Source of the DNA: Bacteroidales bacterium UBA4181
Lineage (GTDB): Bacteria > Bacteroidota > Bacteroidia > Bacteroidales > UBA4181
Reading direction: 5' to 3'
NCBI GenBank assembly: GCA_002380425.1
Contig: DFUR01000048.1
Span: 2,890-66,889 of the forward strand
DNA length: 64,000 bases
Shown: positions 58,689 through 64,000 of the stretch, piece by piece
Position numbering within the stretch: position 1 is the stretch's first letter
Layout of the letters: every line of letters starts with the position of its first letter
Program-made: the position numbers and the translations under genes
Notes under the pieces: generated by a model
Database searches by the model: none
Told to the model about the DNA's origin: nothing
What the model saw: the letters and a program-made list of their open reading frames with translations, nothing else

Positions 58689-59396
58689 ATGAAGAAGAAT
58701 CAATTATTTCAAATCCTGTTGCCCCTGATGAGGTACAATCTGAAGGTGATTTTTGCCGGGAAGTTTGTCTGGTTCTTTCTGGCTGCCCTTGGATTTTTTG
58801 TGTTCTTCATGATCAACAATGTCTGGCAGGGAAATCTGATCAATGAGGCACTGATGTACGAGATTCTGTTCTTCCCGGGGGTACTTCTTATTTTCTATCC
58901 CTCCGTTTATGGGATACAGAACGATGAAGATGCCCGTATTCTGGAAATCCTTTTCGGAATTCCCAATTATCGTTACAAGGTGTGGCTGTTTCGTCTCTTG
59001 ATGGTGTATCTGATCTTTTTTTGCTTTCTGGTGCTGTTTGCCTGGATCGGGACTTTCCTGCTGTTCCCAGTTCCCCAGTTTGAAATGGCCGGTCAGTTGA
59101 TGTTTCCCTTGTTGTTTCTGGGAAATATGGCCTTTATGATGTCCACCTGGGTGCGCAGCGGTAATGCGACGGCTGTCATCATGATTATCGTCGGGATCCT
59201 GATGGTCGTACTGACCAGTGCCTTTGGGCTGAAATGGTGGAACATTACCCTCAATCCGTTTGAGGTCCCCGAGAACTTGCATGTGGTTATCTGGGCCGGA
59301 TACCTGACTAAGAGCCGGATCTTTCTGGCTGTGGGCAGTGTGGTGTTCTTACTCATTGGTCTGCTCAATCTACAGAAACGGGAACGTTTTGTGTGA
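58689..59396 (+). CDS. Six-TM membrane protein, probable ABC-2-type permease partner
   Basis: 235 aa and very hydrophobic, with ~6 helices. The ATG lies 2 nt after the fusion gene's stop. Family assignment rests on context only. Confidence 0.6.
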   Translation: MKKNQLFQILLPLMRYNLKVIFAGKFVWFFLAALGFFVFFMINNVWQGNLINEALMYEILFFPGVLLIFYPSVYGIQNDEDARILEILFGIPNYRYKVWLFRLLMVYLIFFCFLVLFAWIGTFLLFPVPQFEMAGQLMFPLLFLGNMAFMMSTWVRSGNATAVIMIIVGILMVVLTSAFGLKWWNITLNPFEVPENLHVVIWAGYLTKSRIFLAVGSVVFLLIGLLNLQKRERFV

Positions 59397-59442
59397 TCCT
59401 TGACGGGGCATCCCTTTTTTGGTCCCGAGGTTATGCAATTTC

Positions 59443-59477
59443 GCACGAATTGTTTATATTTGTAAAACAATTCGTGC
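59443..59477. promoter_or_regulatory. Perfect 13-bp inverted repeat (GCACGAATTGTTT-N9-AAACAATTCGTGC) enclosing a TATATTTG -7 box; candidate operator
   Basis: The arms are at 59443-59455 and 59465-59477. The -7 box is at 59455-59462, 22 nt upstream of the ATG at 59485. Confidence 0.5.
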
Positions 59478-59484
59478 GTGTGCT

Positions 59485-59775
59485 ATGGGAGTTCAACCCG
59501 AAGTGATCGGAGGTTTGCGTGACAGGATTCACAAGTTGATGGAGGTTGCGCAACAGGTTCGCAAGGAGAACGAAGAGTTGAAAGCCCTGGTGGGCCGGCT
59601 TCAGTCGGACCTGCGTACGAAGGTGGCGGAGCAGAGTGAGTTGCGCGAGCGGTATCAACGGTTGAAGATGTCAAAAACCTTTGGCCCTGATGAAAACTCA
59701 GCAAGGGAAACGAAGCTCCAGGTAACCAGAATTGTGCGGGAAATTGACAAATGTATCGCGCTTCTGAATCGTTAA
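59485..59775 (+). CDS. Small coiled-coil protein upstream of zapA (function unknown)
   Basis: 96 aa, heptad-rich (KENEELKALVGRLQSDLRTKVAEQSELRERYQRLK). The start is moved from the track's TTG (59419) to the ATG at 59485. Confidence 0.6.
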   Translation: MGVQPEVIGGLRDRIHKLMEVAQQVRKENEELKALVGRLQSDLRTKVAEQSELRERYQRLKMSKTFGPDENSARETKLQVTRIVREIDKCIALLNR

Positions 59776-59787
59776 CAGAGGGATGGT

Positions 59788-60081
59788 ATGGACGAGAGGC
59801 ATTCAATAAGAATCAATATCGCTGAACGCTACTATCCGCTCAAAATAGATAAAGAAGAAGATGAGGAGCGCCTTCGGAAGGCAGCTGTGCTGATCAATGA
59901 TCGGTTAGGTAGTTACCGGCAGCGCTACTCTGATAAAGATGTTCAGGATTTGCTGGCCATGGTGGCACTGCAGTTTGTGGTCCGGCTGCTTGAACTGGAA
60001 AGAAAAAGCGATTCTTCCATGGTGGAAGGGCAACTCAGGGAGTTGACGCAAACTGTGGATGAGTTTTTAAACCAGATATAA
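59788..60081 (+). CDS. zapA: Cell division protein ZapA
   Basis: IRINIAERYYPLKIDKEEDEERLRKAAVLINDRL...AMVALQFV is the typical ZapA pattern; 97 aa. Confidence 0.85.
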   Translation: MDERHSIRINIAERYYPLKIDKEEDEERLRKAAVLINDRLGSYRQRYSDKDVQDLLAMVALQFVVRLLELERKSDSSMVEGQLRELTQTVDEFLNQI

Positions 60082-60104
60082 TCGTTCTTTTACATAAGAA
60101 GAGT

Positions 60105-60306
60105 TCGCCCGCATAGCTTCTTCAATCCTTCTGAAACTCAACACTAATCTAATTGGAGTTGAACTTTGGTTACGTAGGACAGGCCTAGTACCGGTCACCC
60201 CGGGATTCCGATTCGTCGGAACGTTGGAAGTTCAAAATAACTGGTCACTCCACCCATGTTACATCGGGTTTTCATTAAAGTTTGTCGGTAGCTATGCGGG
60301 TTTTTT
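60105..60306 (+). ncRNA. Structured ~200-nt RNA between zapA and rny (6S RNA candidate, or an rny leader element)
   Basis: Nested helices: an 11-bp closing stem CCCGCATAGCT/AGCTATGCGGG (60108-60118 / 60290-60300) followed by T6; an 8-bp helix TTGAACTT/AAGTTCAA (60159-60166 / 60228-60235); and an apical 6-bp hairpin with a UUCG loop (60206-60221). There is no ORF. Confidence 0.5.
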
Positions 60307-60328
60307 ATAACCATTATATATCCCCTTT

Positions 60329-61861
60329 ATGTCACTAATTATCTATATAACCATTGCTTTTATTGCCGGGGCCGGGCTTGCCTACCTGTTGTACGGGTAC
60401 GTGCTTACCTCCCGGAAGGAGCAGATGCTCAGGGAGGCGCAGGCTGAGGCCGAAGCCCTGAAGAAGAGCCGGATGCTCGAAGCCAAGGAACACTTCCTTC
60501 AGCTGAAGGCCGAACACGAGAATGTATCCAACGAAAGAAATGCCCGGATCTCCCAGTCAGAAAACCGTATCAAGCAAAAAGAAGTAGCGATTGCACAAAG
60601 GATCGAGGACTTGCAACGCCAAAAACGGGATTTGGAGGTTGCGCGTGAAAACCTAGCCAATCAGGTTAAACTGGTAGAGAAAAAACAGGAAGAAACTGAA
60701 GCTCTTCATCGACAGCAAATTGAGCATCTGGAACGTATCTCCGGACTCTCTGCAGCTGAAGCCAGAGCCCAGATGGCTGATTCGCTTAAAGCCGAAGCTA
60801 AATCGGAGGCTATGTCTTACATCAATGAGGTGATGGATGAGGCCAAGATGACTGCATCCAAGGAAGCCAAGAGCATCGTCATCAAGACCATCCAGAGGGT
60901 GGCAACTGAGACAGCCGTGGAGAACTCGGTTACGGTGTTCCCCATCGAAAGTGACGAGATCAAGGGCAGGATTATCGGGCGGGAAGGACGTAATATTCGT
61001 GCGCTCGAGGCTGCTACCGGAGTTGAGCTTATTGTGGATGATACCCCCGAGGCCATTATTCTCTCTGGTTTTGACCCTGTTCGCAGGGAGGTGGCCCGCT
61101 TGTCACTCCATCAGCTTGTTACGGATGGACGCATCCATCCTGCCCGAATAGAGGAGGTGGTAGCCAGAATTCAGAAACAGGTTGAAGAGGAAGTCGTAGA
61201 GGTCGGGAAGAGGACTACCATTGACCTGGGAATCCATGGTCTGCACCCCGAACTGGTACGTCTCATCGGTAAAATGAAATACCGCTCTTCGTACGGACAG
61301 AACTTATTGCAGCACTCCCGGGAGGTGGCCAATCTTTGTGCCATTATGGCCGCTGAGGTTGGCCTGAACGCCAAGATTGCCAAACGTGCCGGTCTGCTTC
61401 ATGATATTGGAAAGGTTCCCGATGACGAACCCGAATTGCCGCACGCTGTACTGGGAATGAAACTTGCGGAGCGATATAAGGAAAAACTGGAAATCTGTAA
61501 TGCCATTGGGTCGCATCATGAGGAAACAGAGATGACCAGTCTCTACGCTCCTATTGTGCAGGTTTGCGATGCTATCTCCGGAGCCCGTCCCGGAGCCCGT
61601 CGGGAAGTAGTAGAAGCCTATATCAAGAGGTTAAAAGAGCTTGAATCGCTGGCTTTGTCCTATCCCGGTGTGACCAAAACTTACGCTATTCAGGCTGGGA
61701 GAGAGCTCAGAGTTATTGTGGGGAGCGAAAAAGTGACCGACCGTGATGCTGAGAGCCTCTCGTATGATATTGCCAAGAAGATTCAGGATGAAATGACCTA
61801 CCCGGGCCAGGTTAAGATTACGGTGATCCGGGAAACCCGTGCGATTAGTTACGCAAAATAA
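60329..61861 (+). CDS. rny: Ribonuclease Y
   Basis: N-terminal TM, long coiled coil, KH domain ([15 protein letters not shown]), HD domain (LLHDIGK...GSHH). Confidence 0.95.
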   Translation: MSLIIYITIAFIAGAGLAYLLYGYVLTSRKEQMLREAQAEAEALKKSRMLEAKEHFLQLKAEHENVSNERNARISQSENRIKQKEVAIAQRIEDLQRQKRDLEVARENLANQVKLVEKKQEETEALHRQQIEHLERISGLSAAEARAQMADSLKAEAKSEAMSYINEVMDEAKMTASKEAKSIVIKTIQRVATETAVENSVTVFPIESDEIKGRIIGREGRNIRALEAATGVELIVDDTPEAIILSGFDPVRREVARLSLHQLVTDGRIHPARIEEVVARIQKQVEEEVVEVGKRTTIDLGIHGLHPELVRLIGKMKYRSSYGQNLLQHSREVANLCAIMAAEVGLNAKIAKRAGLLHDIGKVPDDEPELPHAVLGMKLAERYKEKLEICNAIGSHHEETEMTSLYAPIVQVCDAISGARPGARREVVEAYIKRLKELESLALSYPGVTKTYAIQAGRELRVIVGSEKVTDRDAESLSYDIAKKIQDEMTYPGQVKITVIRETRAISYAK

Positions 61862-61864
61862 CAC

Positions 61865-63799
61865 GTGTCACGCAAAACCATTTATTTGACGGCAGGAATA
61901 CTCTCTGTATTCCTGCTGCTTTGTCTGCTGGCCAGAACAGTAGTGCCATCTGTCGTACTCAAACAGGTTCAATCCTCTGTTTATCAACGGACAGGGTGCA
62001 CTCTTTCCTTCGATGATTTCCGAATTCAGGGGCTGGCGACTGCTTCTTTCTCCGGCCTCAGAATGGTTTCTGCCGGGGGGGATACCATTGTGTATGCAGC
62101 AGAACTTCAGGCTCGCCCTGCAATCTGGTCCCTGCTCGGTGGACACCTGTCCCTCAAGCGGGTTCACGTGTCCACGCTCCGGGCCCGGTTCACCCGCTCC
62201 TTTCTCCGGGATATGTCCGGAGATGATTCCAGCGCAGATTCCTTACTGGTGGCAAGCCCTGATGCTTATTCGCTGCAGAACTTGTCTTCATCCATGTACA
62301 AGACCTTTGAACGGTTTTTCCCGGAAGAACTATTACTCGAACAGTGTGCTATTGCCTATACATCCGATAGCCTGTTGCCCTTTGTTGCCTGTGATACATT
62401 TGCACTCCGTGAAGGTGTCTTCCGGGGTAGTGTGACTTTTGGGGATGTGCACACCAGCTCGCATTTGGTGCTTGAGGGTTCGGCTCACGATGGCGAACCG
62501 GTACATTGCTCTGTCCATGGAGTGGAGGGGCCGTTTCGTCTGCCCTATGTAACATCGCGCTGGAATATCGACTCTGGTTTTGATACCTTGAACTTTTCGG
62601 TGCGTGTTCGCAATACAAGGGCTGCGACTGAAGTGTCCGGATCTTTCTCCGGCCGCAATGTCTATCTCTTTCATACAGACGTGTCTCCTGATACCATCAG
62701 AGTTGGCAGCGGTGGGTTGGATTTTCTATGTCATATTCGGGGTAGCGAGATGGAGCTGGATAGTCTGTCGGTGGTGCACCTCAATGGGTTTCGCTTCTCT
62801 CCTCATTTGCGTTACCAGCATGGTCCGGATCGGTCTGTTGAGCTGAATATCCCATCTTTTGACTTTGACGCCTCCACTTTGCTCAAAGCGCTCCCTCGGG
62901 GGCTATTTCAGAGTTTTTCCGGTCTTCAGACCGAAGGGCGACTGGCATATCGTTTGCATTGTTTTGTCCCCTTTAACCGTCTGGATTCGCTGGAGTTCAG
63001 TTCCAATCTGGATGCGCGGGGTTTTCGCATCGTTCGTTTCGGAGAGGTGAATCCCTATATGTTGCGCGATTCATTCTATCATCAGGTGTACGAAAGGGGA
63101 CGACTTGTGGCTGCTTTCCCGGTATACAGAGGCAGCCCCCGGTATGTTCCTTTGGAACTTATTTCAGATTATCTCACCGATGCCGTTCTAACCTCAGAGG
63201 ACGGGAGTTTTTTTTACCACCGGGGATTCAATGAGGAAGCATTCCGGGACGCTTTGGCCCTGAATCTTAAAAAGCGCCGTTTTGTCCGCGGTGCCAGTAC
63301 CATCACCATGCAGCTGGTGAAGAACGTATTTCTGACCCGACAGAAGACGCTTTCCCGAAAACTTGAAGAAGTGGCCTGGGTTTGGATGATAGAGAATCTG
63401 GGGATACTGGACAAACATCGTATGCTGGAGGTGTACTTCAATATCGTTGAGTGGGGGCCAGGTATCTACGGCATTCGGGATGCAGCCCAGTTCTATTTCA
63501 ACAAGGCGCCCTCGGCGTTGACGCTCTCGGAGTGTATCTATCTGTCCATGCTGCTGCCACGTCCCAAACAATACGTGTATTTCTTTGATGATCAGGGAAA
63601 CCTGAGGCCCTCTCTGGCAGCCTACATCCCTGTAGCCGTTCGCATCATGCTTCACAGGGAGTGGATTGCCGCCACTGACACGCTCAATCTGGTGCGGGAC
63701 ATCCGTTTGTCCGGTCCGGCAGCGGCACAGCTACGTGTGGTCCAGGATACAATTATTCCTGATAGTACACTCTTTTTACCCGTGGTGAGATTCCCGTAA
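61865..63799 (+). CDS. GT51 peptidoglycan glycosyltransferase domain protein with a ~430-aa N-terminal extension
   Basis: GTG start and an N-terminal TM. The C-terminal GT51 motifs are EDGSFFYHRGF, GASTITMQLVKN, RKLEE and LEVYFNIVEWG. Confidence 0.8.
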   Translation: MSRKTIYLTAGILSVFLLLCLLARTVVPSVVLKQVQSSVYQRTGCTLSFDDFRIQGLATASFSGLRMVSAGGDTIVYAAELQARPAIWSLLGGHLSLKRVHVSTLRARFTRSFLRDMSGDDSSADSLLVASPDAYSLQNLSSSMYKTFERFFPEELLLEQCAIAYTSDSLLPFVACDTFALREGVFRGSVTFGDVHTSSHLVLEGSAHDGEPVHCSVHGVEGPFRLPYVTSRWNIDSGFDTLNFSVRVRNTRAATEVSGSFSGRNVYLFHTDVSPDTIRVGSGGLDFLCHIRGSEMELDSLSVVHLNGFRFSPHLRYQHGPDRSVELNIPSFDFDASTLLKALPRGLFQSFSGLQTEGRLAYRLHCFVPFNRLDSLEFSSNLDARGFRIVRFGEVNPYMLRDSFYHQVYERGRLVAAFPVYRGSPRYVPLELISDYLTDAVLTSEDGSFFYHRGFNEEAFRDALALNLKKRRFVRGASTITMQLVKNVFLTRQKTLSRKLEEVAWVWMIENLGILDKHRMLEVYFNIVEWGPGIYGIRDAAQFYFNKAPSALTLSECIYLSMLLPRPKQYVYFFDDQGNLRPSLAAYIPVAVRIMLHREWIAATDTLNLVRDIRLSGPAAAQLRVVQDTIIPDSTLFLPVVRFP

Positions 63800-64000
63800 G
63801 AATCTCGTAGGGAATGGTTCCCAGCATGCCGGCAACCTCGGTGACGGAAGGATCTTCTCCAAAAACAATCACCTCATCACCTTCCCGTGCTTCTACATCG
63901 GTGAGGTCAATCATGCAACTGTCCATACATACATTCCCGATAATTGGAACGCGTTGACCGGACAGCGATACGGAACCCTTTCCGTTTCCAAGGGCTCGCC
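63753..64000 (-). CDS. alr: Alanine racemase, C-terminal fragment (5' part lies beyond the window end)
   Basis: Hand translation of the minus strand gives ...LSGQRVPIIGNVCMDSCMIDLTDVEAREGDEVIVFGEDPSVTEVAGMLGTIPYEILTGISPRVKRVYYQE*, with TAA at 63755-63753. This ORF is not in the supplied track. Confidence 0.8.
   Translation of the reverse strand, partial: RALGNGKGSVSLSGQRVPIIGNVCMDSCMIDLTDVEAREGDEVIVFGEDPSVTEVAGMLGTIPYEILTGISPRVKRVYYQE

Noticed and set aside
1-64000. CRISPR arrays, tRNA/rRNA genes, IS elements, integrases, prophage or toxin-antitoxin modules
   Set aside because: Intergenic spacers are short, with the longest about 250-340 nt. None shows cloverleaf-like structure, spaced direct repeats or terminal inverted repeats. 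No ORF has transposase, integrase or phage motifs.

Overview
This is a dense chromosomal segment that looks like Bacteroidota. The basis is TAnnTTTG-type -7 boxes 20-35 nt upstream of several start codons, a type III glutamine synthetase, a DapL-type lysine pathway and weak Shine-Dalgarno signals. Most of it is housekeeping. In order: a hybrid histidine kinase truncated by the window start, a second hybrid kinase, and stand-alone CheR and CheB (2-7272). Then HIT, greA, rpsT, radC and pyrH, a GH31(PA14)+GH3 glycosidase pair, cysK plus a cystathionine-gamma enzyme, bcp-recA, and recF-mqnB-mqnD. Next comes an ilvD-B-N-C operon preceded by a Val/Leu/Ile-rich leader peptide and attenuator hairpins that are not in the ORF track. 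After that are an M23 peptidase plus lipoprotein, glmS, a translationally coupled dapF-dapL-OMP-asnA-glnN-gltBD nitrogen block, zapA, a structured RNA of about 200 nt, rny, a GT51 transglycosylase, and the 3' end of alr (also absent from the ORF track). The stand-out is a tightly packed 7-gene operon of about 15.4 kb (44029-59396). It interleaves two ABC half-systems with a full TolC/MFP/RND pump. It contains a single 1566-codon ORF that fuses a complete RND permease to a complete ABC ATPase, and that ATPase fold is interrupted by a four-helix membrane insertion. I saw no CRISPR arrays, tRNA/rRNA genes, transposases or integrases. All calls come from reading the translated ORFs and the nucleotide sequence by eye; no database search was possible.
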